Positions 49,712 through 60,700 of a stretch of DNA of 64,000 nucleotides are shown here, piece by piece. Numbering within the stretch: position 1 is the stretch's first letter; each line of letters opens with the position of its first letter. The notes under the pieces are model-generated. The model worked only from the letters and a program-made list of their open reading frames with translations. It searched no databases and was not told where the DNA came from. This DNA is from an uncultured cyanobacterium (GTDB lineage Bacteria; Cyanobacteriota; Cyanobacteriia; Pseudanabaenales; Pseudanabaenaceae), in the NCBI GenBank assembly GCA_963703315.1, contig OY969811.1, positions 4,128,001 to 4,192,000 on the forward strand, written 5' to 3'. Position numbers and translations under genes: made by a program.

Positions 49712-52700
49712 TGAAATATCTATTAAAAACCAATTTAAAGTCTCAATTGTGGTTACATTTACTTGGTTTTATCAGTTTGTGGCTAGGAATGACTGCATCT
49801 AGTGCGATCGCCTCCAACGCCATCAGCGATTCACAAGCATCTTCGCTTGCAACCGATCAACTATCTTTAACGCCAGATTCTCATCATGCCAATGCTGAGC
49901 CTACAGTACAAATCGCCGTCCAAACCACTCAACCAGAAAGTTCATCAAATCAACCACCAAATCAACCACCAAATCAACCACCAAATCAACCAGAGAATAA
50001 TGTAACATCACCGAAATTACCGACTGTAAACAAAGATCAATCTGCTTCGCAAGTCACCATTCTTTTTCCTGTGAACACATCCTTAATGGATGTACCTGCA
50101 ACTGCGGTGATCTTACGCATTCCCGTTGGCAGAGAAGTAGAACTATCAGTTAATGGTAGAAAGGTTAATCCTAATGCGATCGGTCGTTCTGAGGTGGACA
50201 CTAACGCGGGCGTCGTCACCCAAACTTGGTATGGTGTGACCCTAGATGAAGGTGAGAATAAAATTACCGCGAAGTTAGCTGGTAGTGATGCGAGTCAAAG
50301 TGTGATTGTGCGCCTGCGTAGTGCGGCTGCCAAAATTCAGGTCAGTACTCTAGAGTCAAGTATTCCTGCCGATGGTCGTACCACTGCGACAGTGCAGGGT
50401 TTACTGTTGGATGAAAAAGGCGATCGCTCTAATCGGAGTGCTTTTATCACACTCACTACCAGCGAAGGTGAGTTCATTGGCAATGATGCTCAGCCCGATC
50501 AACCCGGTTTTCAGGTAGAAGCAAGAGAAGGTAAATTTTCTGCAACCCTGCGTTCTGGACTCACTTCTGGCAATGTTCGTATTCGCGCTAGTTCCGTCAT
50601 TAATAATCGTGAGATTGAAGCCTTTACCCGAATTCAACTCGAAACTAATCTTCGTCCTTCGATCCTCACAGGAGTGGTTAGCTTACGGATAGGCGCAAGA
50701 GGAACTGATTACTATCGTAGTTTTCGTGATTTTCTGCCCACTGATGGCAATAACTCTAGCAATGTCGATTTTTATGCGGCGGCTTTTGGCACAGGTCGAG
50801 TTGGTGAGTGGTTAATCACAGGAGCATTTAATACCCGTCGGACTCTTAACGAAGATTGCGAAGGTAGAAGCCGTCTATTTCGAGATGTTCAATTTTGCCA
50901 GCAAGTCTATCCTGTCTATGGGGATAGTTCCACCTTAACCACTGAGACTCCTTCTCTAACTAGTGTGTTTTTACGAGCAGAGCGAACTTCTCCCGTTCCC
51001 AGAGCAGGTACTGATTTCTTGATGTGGGGAGATTTTCGCACTGAAGAATTTGCCAGTCGTTCTCAAGAGTTTACAGCATTTACTCGACAGTTAAATGGAT
51101 TGAAGTTTAACTATAATTTTGGCGACTTACAAGCCACAGGGTTGTATAGCAATAATACACGCGGATTTCAGCGCGATATTATTCCTCCCGATGGTACGAG
51201 TGGATTCTTTTTTCTCTCACGGCGGTTAGTCACCCCCGGTAGCGAAAATGTATTTGTGGAATCAGAAGAACTACTCCGTCCTGGTAATATTGTCCGCCGT
51301 GTCAAGCTCGATCGCAGTCAAGACTATGAGATTGATTACGATCGCGGTTCTCTGCAATTTCGTCAGCCAATCCTCCAAACAGATATCGGTACAGGTGGTG
51401 AAACCCTTGTGAGACGTATTATCGTTTCCTACGAATACGACAATGAAGGCGGCACTAGCAACGGTAGTAACAACAATAGTATTTATGCAGCCCAATTGCG
51501 CTATCACTTCAATCGCGAGATTGGGGCGGAAAGCTGGTTAGGAGCTAATTATTTTAAAGAAAATCAAGGAGCGCGGGACTTTCAACTCTATGGAGCTAAT
51601 GCTCTAATTTCCTTTGGCAAAAGTTCTTATATCATTGCCGAATATGCGCGATCGCAAAATAACTCCAGTGATTTACCCGCACCAGTTACAGGTTCGGCTT
51701 TTCGTTTTGAAGCCGTTAGCGAATTTATACAGGGAATTACGGCTAAGGCTTTCTATCGCCAAGCGGATACAGGCTTTGTGAATAATGCCACAATTAGCTT
51801 TGTACCCGGCCAGACAAGGTTGGGCGTTAGTCTGGATGCTAAGCTATCCGATGCTACTACACTCAGGGCAAGCTATGAGCGTGAAGAAAATCGCGGTATT
51901 GCCCCTCAACCATTTACGCTGACTAACTTTCTGGAGCTTAATCCTCAATCTCCAGCAGGAACTCCCGTTGACAATCGACTCAGCACTTTTACTGTGGGCT
52001 TCTTGCAAAAATTGGGGGCAGCCACTGCTGAACTTGATTTTCTGATGCGCGATCGCCAAGATAACTTAAACTCAACATTTTCTGGTGCTTCTAGTCAATT
52101 GCGATCGCGCTTCACCCTGCCAATTCTCGACAACTTAAAATTTATTGCTCAAAATGAGATCAGTCTATCGAATGCTCCTGATACTATTCTGCCCGATCGC
52201 ACAGCCCTAGTTTTAGATTGGCAAGTAATGGATGGTATTAGTTTGCGTCTAGGACAGCAGTGGTTTAGTAGTGGCGTACTTGCGGGTAGCACCTTTACTA
52301 CTGGGGAAGTTGTGGGCAATTACAAACTATTTCCTGACACCACACTTTTAGGACGATACACATTGGTGGGCGGCGCAAATACCACTAGCACCCAAGGAGC
52401 GATCGGCTTCAATCAACGCTGGGTAATTTCCCCCGGACTAAGAGTTGATTTTGGCTATGAAAGGATTTTTGGGAATGACCAAGTTAGAAATTCCGCAGGT
52501 GTTACGCAGGTGTTACAGCCTCTGACCACTGGCTCCAACACTTCTACCCTTGCACTTCAAAGTGGTGATAACTACAATATTGGCTTTGAATATACCGATA
52601 ATCCTGATTTTAAAGCAAGTGCGCGTTATGAATATCGCAACTCTTCGGCAGGGGCAAACTCAGTGATTAATGCCTCTGCGCTCGGTAAGATCACCCCTGC

Positions 52701-54699
52701 GCTCACAGGGCTATTGCGCTATCAGCGATCGGGTATTGCTAACCAAACGATCAATAATTTTGGTGATACCTCTAGTCTACGTTTGGGACTCGCCTATCGC
52801 GATCCTGCCAATGATGCGTTTAATGCCCTATTGCGCTATGAGTATCGCCAGAACCCTAGCATTATTCCTGAAAGCTTTATAGGAGGAATTGGTTCAGGAA
52901 CTGAAGAACAAGTCCTCGCTCTTGAAGCAATCTATTCACCAAACTGGCAATGGGAATTTTACGGAAAATATGCTCTTCGCAATAATACTTCTTACTTGGC
53001 GAAGGACTTAATTGGAACTTCGTCAATTAATTTGGCACAGCTACGAGCGACCTATCGCCTTGGCTATAACTTCGATCTCACGGCTGAAGGTAGAATGATC
53101 AACCAGCCCACAGCAGGATTTAATGAAGTTGGCTTTGTCGCGGAGCTAGGCTATTATGCTACACCCAACTTGCGCCTAGCTGCGGGCTATAGTTCGGGTA
53201 CGGTCAATAACGATCGCGACTTTAGTGGTACACGCTCAGCAGGTGGACTGTATGCAGCAATTACATTTAAACTCAATGAGCTATTTGATGGATTTGGGTT
53301 ACAAAAAATTGCACCACCACAGCAAAAGGAACCACTCGATCCTACTACTCCCATTGAGTTACCTAATGCTAAAAAATCTGGTGTGACAACGGCTGCGCTT
53401 CCTAGCAATATGTCTGAGGTGGTGAGAGTTTCCCTTGCTCAGACTGTGGAATTCCCCACGGCGCAAGTTGATTTATCACCTATTAACCAAGTGGTTTTAG
53501 ATAATTTGGTTACGGTCTTACGCGAATATCCTGCCCTGAATATTGATGTCCAAGGTCGTTTGGCATCGCTCACAGAAGTTACGACTAACAGTCCTGATGC
53601 TCAACGACTTGGTAAGGTGCGAGCGTACCTACTCAAGCGTGGGGTTGATGGTAGTCGGATTACCATGCGATCGCTTGGTGCTATAGAAACTGCCGATAAG
53701 CCTCAAGTTCTACTAGCCCTTGGTGGGACAAGAGAGACTTTTACGCAAATATCGAATCGGATCAAGGAGGGCAATGGCAGTAGCATTCTTCAGAATGTTT
53801 TGCCTAGTGACTTGTCCAATGTATCTTCTAATTCACCCATTGCGGCTGCACCTCTTCGAGTTCAAGCGATTTCACAACGGATTGAGTTTGCTCCTATTGG
53901 TAAAATGACTGATCCGAGCAATGCCAATTTGGATTTGTTAATCAGTCTGATTGTTGATACCCCAGAGGTTGTAATCGAGTTACAAGGTAATCTGGATGGC
54001 TCAGAACTTGAGGTCAATCGCTTGATGGGACTACGCAGTTATCTGCTGCAAAAGGGCATTGCTAGCGATCGCATTTTGATTAGTCCAGCCAATAGCAATA
54101 TTGCTAATAGTGATACCGCTAATAGCATTACACTCACCCTTGCAAACTTGGAAGGATTGCCGATCGCCCAATTGCCTAACGATTCTGCACCTGCGAAACC
54201 GATCGCCCAGCAAGGTAATGGTAATCGCCTGAGCTTAAATCTCCCGAATTTGGAAATAACGCCATCTTCTTTACTCAGTCAGCTTCTCGACTCTGAAAAC
54301 TATAGCCGTCAGGTTTTGGGATTATTGCCTAGTCCACAACTGCTAACGATGCTTTTAGAGCCACAAACTCAACCAACTCTGCTATCAACTAACTTCTCCA
54401 CGCTCCTATCGGGCTTCCCGTCACCTGAAAATGCACCGCGTTGGTCATCGATACCTGCAACCCAAATTTTATCTCTCCTATTGCCTGATCCAAATGCAGC
54501 ACCAGAGAGACAGCCAGACTTGATTGCCGAAGATTCTCAGCGTGACTTGAGTACTCGCCGCTTAGTATCAGCCTTGAACTTCCTGTTAAGTCGCGATCGC
54601 GATGTGCTGACAGCTTTGTTGCGATCGCTCAATGAGTCGCAACCTGAACTACGCGGCGAAGTCATCCGACCTGAATTATTTGAAGAGGGACAACCATGA
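49711..54699 (+). CDS. Large outer-membrane beta-barrel-like protein with N-terminal Ig-like domains and two degenerate OmpA-like C-terminal domains
   Basis: Signal peptide; IPADGRTTATV invasin-like Ig motif; long run of amphipathic beta strands; LDNLV..L..YP...I.VQG..VRAYLLKRGVDGSRI and a second similar unit; TAATG overlap with the upstream gene. Confidence 0.72.
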   Translation: MKYLLKTNLKSQLWLHLLGFISLWLGMTASSAIASNAISDSQASSLATDQLSLTPDSHHANAEPTVQIAVQTTQPESSSNQPPNQPPNQPPNQPENNVTSPKLPTVNKDQSASQVTILFPVNTSLMDVPATAVILRIPVGREVELSVNGRKVNPNAIGRSEVDTNAGVVTQTWYGVTLDEGENKITAKLAGSDASQSVIVRLRSAAAKIQVSTLESSIPADGRTTATVQGLLLDEKGDRSNRSAFITLTTSEGEFIGNDAQPDQPGFQVEAREGKFSATLRSGLTSGNVRIRASSVINNREIEAFTRIQLETNLRPSILTGVVSLRIGARGTDYYRSFRDFLPTDGNNSSNVDFYAAAFGTGRVGEWLITGAFNTRRTLNEDCEGRSRLFRDVQFCQQVYPVYGDSSTLTTETPSLTSVFLRAERTSPVPRAGTDFLMWGDFRTEEFASRSQEFTAFTRQLNGLKFNYNFGDLQATGLYSNNTRGFQRDIIPPDGTSGFFFLSRRLVTPGSENVFVESEELLRPGNIVRRVKLDRSQDYEIDYDRGSLQFRQPILQTDIGTGGETLVRRIIVSYEYDNEGGTSNGSNNNSIYAAQLRYHFNREIGAESWLGANYFKENQGARDFQLYGANALISFGKSSYIIAEYARSQNNSSDLPAPVTGSAFRFEAVSEFIQGITAKAFYRQADTGFVNNATISFVPGQTRLGVSLDAKLSDATTLRASYEREENRGIAPQPFTLTNFLELNPQSPAGTPVDNRLSTFTVGFLQKLGAATAELDFLMRDRQDNLNSTFSGASSQLRSRFTLPILDNLKFIAQNEISLSNAPDTILPDRTALVLDWQVMDGISLRLGQQWFSSGVLAGSTFTTGEVVGNYKLFPDTTLLGRYTLVGGANTTSTQGAIGFNQRWVISPGLRVDFGYERIFGNDQVRNSAGVTQVLQPLTTGSNTSTLALQSGDNYNIGFEYTDNPDFKASARYEYRNSSAGANSVINASALGKITPALTGLLRYQRSGIANQTINNFGDTSSLRLGLAYRDPANDAFNALLRYEYRQNPSIIPESFIGGIGSGTEEQVLALEAIYSPNWQWEFYGKYALRNNTSYLAKDLIGTSSINLAQLRATYRLGYNFDLTAEGRMINQPTAGFNEVGFVAELGYYATPNLRLAAGYSSGTVNNDRDFSGTRSAGGLYAAITFKLNELFDGFGLQKIAPPQQKEPLDPTTPIELPNAKKSGVTTAALPSNMSEVVRVSLAQTVEFPTAQVDLSPINQVVLDNLVTVLREYPALNIDVQGRLASLTEVTTNSPDAQRLGKVRAYLLKRGVDGSRITMRSLGAIETADKPQVLLALGGTRETFTQISNRIKEGNGSSILQNVLPSDLSNVSSNSPIAAAPLRVQAISQRIEFAPIGKMTDPSNANLDLLISLIVDTPEVVIELQGNLDGSELEVNRLMGLRSYLLQKGIASDRILISPANSNIANSDTANSITLTLANLEGLPIAQLPNDSAPAKPIAQQGNGNRLSLNLPNLEITPSSLLSQLLDSENYSRQVLGLLPSPQLLTMLLEPQTQPTLLSTNFSTLLSGFPSPENAPRWSSIPATQILSLLLPDPNAAPERQPDLIAEDSQRDLSTRRLVSALNFLLSRDRDVLTALLRSLNESQPELRGEVIRPELFEEGQP

Positions 54700-54756
54700 A
54701 CCAAAGATTTACCCTCGTTATTTTAATGATGGCAGAGTTTCTAGCATTGTCTCTTA

Positions 54757-57700
54757 ATGAGCGATCGCTTATGTCAACGTAATCATCACCATAAACATCA
54801 CCATAAACATCCTCAGTACAACTTAGAAAGTCGAACATATATGAAAAGCAACGTTAAAGCCATAGTGCAGTCGATATTGCGCTTGGGTCGGAGAATACAG
54901 CGATCTTTTATTTTAATAGGACAACCATTAGGTCAAATTTTCCCGAACCGACAATATCGTTTGAGTGCGGTTTTATTTGGATTGTCTTTTCTCATGGCAT
55001 TGGGATTTTCGCTAACCAATCAACCCAATCCTGCCTATGCAGCAGCAGCAGTATCGAAAGTATTTGCGCCCAACGTAGTTAATCCTGGGGAAAAGTCTCG
55101 AGCCACCATCACAATTACAAATAACAATAATTTTGATCTAACCAATGCAGGTATTACTGATGCCATGCCTAGTGCAATCAAAATTTATAATCCCGCTAGT
55201 GCTACGACCACTTGCGGGGCTGGAATTGTCACAGCAACACCTGGTGGGAGTACTGTAACCTTAAGCAGTGGTACAGTCCCAGCCACCGTAGGAGCAACAA
55301 CTGGTACTTGTACGATTAGCTTTGATGTCTATTCCAATGCCTCTGGAACTACTCAAAATAGTAATATCCCCGCAGGTAGTTTAACGAATACTCAAAATGA
55401 TACTAACGGCAACCTTGACGTTACTTTAACCATTCGTCCCATTACCTACTCTTCCGTAACTGGATCTAAATCCTTCGCACCAGCTTCATTTGCTGCAACG
55501 GGATCTAGTACTGCCACCATTACCCTAACTAACCCTAATGCCGTAGCTATGGATGGGGCAACTTTAATTGATGACCTCAACTTAGTTGGCGCAGGTTTAA
55601 CCGTACAGGGTAGTCCTAGTTCTACTTGTTTAGGAACTAATGGCACTGTCAGTAATACTGCTACTACAGTCACATTAAATAATGGGCGCATTCCTGCTAA
55701 CAGTAGCTGTACAATCACCTTCAGTGTGACGGGGACAATTCCCGCTACCTACACTAATAGGATTCCCGCTAATGCTCTAAGTACGTTTCAAGGGGCAACT
55801 AATAATGCTCAATTCGAACAAAATGTAACTATTACCGAGCCTGTGTCCCTTGCAAAATCATTTTCTGTTAGTCCGATCAAGCAAGGAGATATCAGCCGCG
55901 CCACCGTCACCATCACCAACAACAGCACATCGCAACTTACAAATTTAACTGTCCCTGATAACCTTGCTAGTCCAGGTTCAGGACTACTATATCGCAGTGA
56001 CCTAGCCCCCTCAACAACCTGCACAGGCGGATCAGTAGCTGTTACTGGTGCTTCAGGCACAGCCGCAACGATCACCCTCCAGAATGCAACTCTAAACGCA
56101 GGGGCTTCTTGTGCCTTCAGTTTTGACGTGACCTCAAATAGCCTCGGTAATCGCACTAATACAGTTTTAGCAACTGCTGTTAATAACAATCTAGCTCTCA
56201 GACCAGTAAATAACGGCACGGCAACCCTCGTAGTCAATCCGTTGCTCACAATCAATAAGTCTTACAGCGCAACTGTGCCAAGCAGCAATACCACCGTATC
56301 TGTTGGTGAAACGACTAATCTCTTCATCGACATTACTAATCCCCCTACCAGTAATGTTGATCCCGTCAATATCACTAGTATGACCGATGCTTTTAATACC
56401 TCTGGACGAGTTGTTCTAGTCACTACAGGGGTTGGCGCGGGGACTTCAAGTTGCGGCGGCACAATTACTGGCACAAGTTCCAATGCCTTTACTTTTAGTG
56501 GTGGTGCGATCGCCAGAGGCGCAACCTGTAGACTCACAATTCCCATTCGTGGAAGTACTTCTGGCTCAACCACTAACGACATCCCTGCAAACAATATAAC
56601 CAGTACTCAAGGAGTAAGTAACGTTGCTTCCAACACTCCTACAATTACAGTTAACTCACCTTTCACAGTGCAGAAGGTATACGGAACTCCTGCCCCCAGA
56701 CAGGGTGATCCCACTTTACTGACTATTACCCTCAGAAATCGCAGTACTCTACCAGCAACAAACGTCAGCCTCACTGATACCTTAGACTCACGGTTACGGA
56801 TCGTCTCACCCGCAACACCTGGTTTGATTACTACTGGCGTAGTAACTGCCCCCGCTACCACCTGTGGTGGCATATTAACTGCTCCTCTGAATACTGGCGG
56901 TCCTACAATTTCTCTGACTGGCGGCACTATTCCCGCAGGGACAGCAAGCACTCCCACTTCTTGTACGATCACCTTCTATGTCCAGACTGATGTACTCCCC
57001 GTCGATGCGACAGTCCCACCCCTAGCAACCGCAGGTACATATCGCAACACAATTCCTTTAGCAACGACAACCGCCGACTATGGCAGTGGACCAAGCCCTG
57101 CTGTAGTGGAATCGGCTAACTCCAACCGCGCCGACCTAACACCAACAGGAGCGTTGGATATTAGCAATAAGCAGGTTGCTAACTCTCCCTACACCACTTT
57201 TGTCGGCAACGTTACAACCAACATTAATACTCCTATTGCGGTTCGAATCACTTTACGAAATAGATCAGCAAACTTAAATCTCGCAGGATTAAATTTGACT
57301 GACAGCTTTCCGACCGCAGCCAATGGTGGGGGATTTGTGTTGTATCGACCTGGTGCAGCACCTTTCGAGCCTAGCACTACCTGTAATTACTTGAGTACCC
57401 CCGTATTCACTGGTACTAATGGCGGCACGAGCTTGGCAATGGCATCGGGGGGATTACAGAGTGCCGCTTCTATTGGTGGTAACAGAACTTGTACGATTAC
57501 TTTTTATGTAATCGCTACCCAAGAAGGTGGGACTACAGGGACTGCTTATAACAATACGTTACCCATTGGCAGCGTCAAAGCCACCAACACTAGTGTGGTC
57601 ACAGGTCAAGCCGACAATATTTACAGTACTGATACTGCCCCCGATACGGCTTCAGCTACAGCCAACTCACCGCTAACCATTGGGAAAGCCTTCAGTGTCG

Positions 57701-60700
57701 CCAGTACTTCCATTAACACTAATGCCACAGCTACTATCACCTTAACCAACAACTATGCAGCTATCGCAGTAGCTCCCAACGCTAATAGTTTAACTAATCT
57801 AGGATTCACAGATACTTTACCTGCTAACCTCAGAGCCGTAGCAGGTACTACTGGAGGTACTTGTGTAACAGCCAGAGGCGGTACAGCAGACATCATCAAA
57901 GACGTTGCTCTTAATCAAGATCGCGTCACTTTGACTGGTACAACCCTCCCCCAAGGACAAAGCTGTACAGTCACCTTCACAGTCACATCTAGCAATGTTG
58001 CCGCTTTTACCAATACCATCAACCGCAGCACCGAAGTTACTAACGCTCAATCTTTACCAGCACAGGCAAATGCCACCGCCAATATTAGTTTTATTGCGGG
58101 TCTAAGTGTCACCAAAACCTTTGACAATCTGGCTTCGCAAACTATTCTTGCAGGGCAAACCTCAGTATTGAGAATCGCGATTAATAACACCAGTGGTCAA
58201 AACCTAGCCGCCGTTAGTCTAGATGATAATCTTCCTGCCAATGTCCTGATTGCCTCACCCGCCAATGCTTCGGCTACAGCCGCTTGTGGCTCACCCACCC
58301 TGACCGCAGATCCCAACACCAATCTTGTGCGGATCACCAATGCCTCAATTAACAATACTCAAACCTGTACGGTAGCGGTAACAGTCATTAGCAGCGTCAC
58401 CAGTACTGGCTATGTAAATACTATTCCTGCCAATGCCGTCAATACGGGAGTAGGCGTAACTAATACCAGCCCTGCCACAGCTACCCTAATTGTCACAAGT
58501 CCTCTAAGTATCACAAAATCCTTTAACTCTTCTACGATTGGAGGAAATGGAACTTCTACGGTTACATTGACCATTGCGAACCGATTCCCTGGAGTAGTAG
58601 ATTTCACCAGTACTCCTGTTGGTCTGACAGATACTTGGGCAGCAGCAAACATCCAAATTGCCAATCCTCCCAATGCTTCGACAACTTGTGCAGGTGGTAC
58701 GGTTAATGCGATCGCAGGTCAAAAGACTGTCACCTTAAGCGGTGGACAAATTCTGGCAGGCTCAGTAACTACTCCTAGCACTTGTTTAGTGCAGTTTGAT
58801 GTAGTTGCTACTGCGGCTACTCCCACTCCCTTCACAAATACAATTCCTGCTAACAACCTCAGTACAGTTCAAGGCTTTACCAATAGCACAGCCGCCACAG
58901 CTAACCTCACAATAACTAGCTATAACCTGATTGTTGGTAAATCCTTTAACCCATCGACCGTTGATGGTGGTACACCCACAGTTCTCAAAATTGATATTGA
59001 AAATCCTAGTACTGGTATTCCCCTCACTAACTTGAGATTTGTAGACAATATGCCTGCGGGGATGATTGTTTACTCAGTCCCCAATCCGATTGTGTCCGCG
59101 AACTGTCCAGGGGGTGTAGTCAGCGCGACCCCTGGGGCTGGAAGCTTTAGCTTTAGCGGTGGTTCTTTAGCTCCCAATCAAACCTGTACGATTACACTTA
59201 ATGTGACATCAGTACAGCAAGGAACTTTAACCAACTCGATTCCACCTTCTAACTTTGGTACTAATCAAGGCATTCTCACCAAGGAAGGTATTGGCTATCC
59301 ATCCACAGTGGCGGCTAACTTCTCTGTGTTGCCATCAGCAGAGTTTTCTAAAGAGTTTGATCTACCTAGTATTCCCCCTGGTGGTGTAAGCACACTAAAA
59401 ATTAGTGTGGCTAATACTGCCATTTCGGTCAATCTGACAGGAATGAATTTCCAAGACAATTTACCTACTGGTTTGATTGTTGCTCCTATTCCAAACATTC
59501 AGAATAATGGTTGTAATGGCACGATTACTGCTAATGCTGGCTCTAGCTTGATTCAGTTGGCAGGAGGTTCACTTCTTGCTAGTTCGAGTTGTTCAATTCA
59601 GGTAGATGTTACAGCCGCTAGTTCTGGTATATACAACAACACTATTCCTTCTGGCAATTTACAAACTACTCAGAACATTACCAATAAACAACCTGCAACT
59701 ACTTTATTCCCAGTACAGCCACAGCCCAATATTGCTAAGATTTTTAATCCTAGTACTTCACCTGTTGGTGGAACATCGCAAATGACAATTACAATTACCA
59801 ATCCGCATACGGCTGGTTTAGTAAATGTCAATCTCGATGACAATTTACCAGCTAACTTGGTCATTGCTCCGACAGCAGGAGCGACAACTACCTGCGGTGG
59901 TTCCCTTACTGCTGTAAGTAATACATCCCTAGTTCGATTGACTAACGGTAGTATCACCGCTAATAACAGTTGTACAATTCAAGTGAATGTGACTTCTGGA
60001 GTTGGTGGTAGCTATACAAATACGATTCCAGCTAGGGCTTTAACTTCATCAGTGGTCAATGGTGCGAATCCCCCAATACCAGGTCCTAGCAATGCAAATC
60101 CTGCGAGTGCTACGTTAGTTTTTGGAACAACTTCAATTAGTAAGTCATTTGCTCCTACCACGATTAGTCAGAATGGAATTTCTACGCTGACACTGCAACT
60201 GAACAACAACACTGGGGTGACGTTGACTTTGACAAGCGCCTTGGTGGATACCTTGCCCTCTAATGTATTAGTGGCAGCGACACCTAACATTGGCGGAACT
60301 TGCACAACTGCTAATGTGGTTGCTAATGCTAATGGCAATACCATTACTTACAACAATGGCTCAACAATCCCAAATGGAGGTTGTACGATCTCGGTACAGG
60401 TTACGTCGGCAACTAATGGAGTATATGTAAATACAATACCTGCCAATGGATTGCAGACCACAGGTGGTAACAACCCCTCCTCTGCTACTGCCTCGTTAAC
60501 AGTTCAAGGTGGAGCACCAAACGTGGTTTTGGTAAAACGAATCACGCGCATTAATGGTAATGATTTTAATGTTTACGAGAATGATCCCCTTACCACGAAT
60601 GATGACAATACGAACAACTGGCCGACACCTCTAAGTGATTCCCTAAGGGGTGTAATCTCGCAAACCAATGTTCGTCCGCAAGATGAGGTAGAGTACACGA

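Noticed and set aside
49946..49993. 12-bp tandem repeat encoding NQPP, and NQALA repeats at ~20375-20410
   Set aside because: Ordinary slippage in low-complexity linkers; in-frame, so no phase-variation signal.
49711..54699. TonB-dependent receptor call
   Set aside because: No TonB box, plug pattern or terminal Phe recognised; the protein continues into OmpA-like domains and sits in a surface-protein operon.
55446..59957. Many antisense ORFs within the giant adhesin and other long genes
   Set aside because: Shadow frames caused by Thr/Asn/Ala codon bias on the coding strand; no independent motifs.
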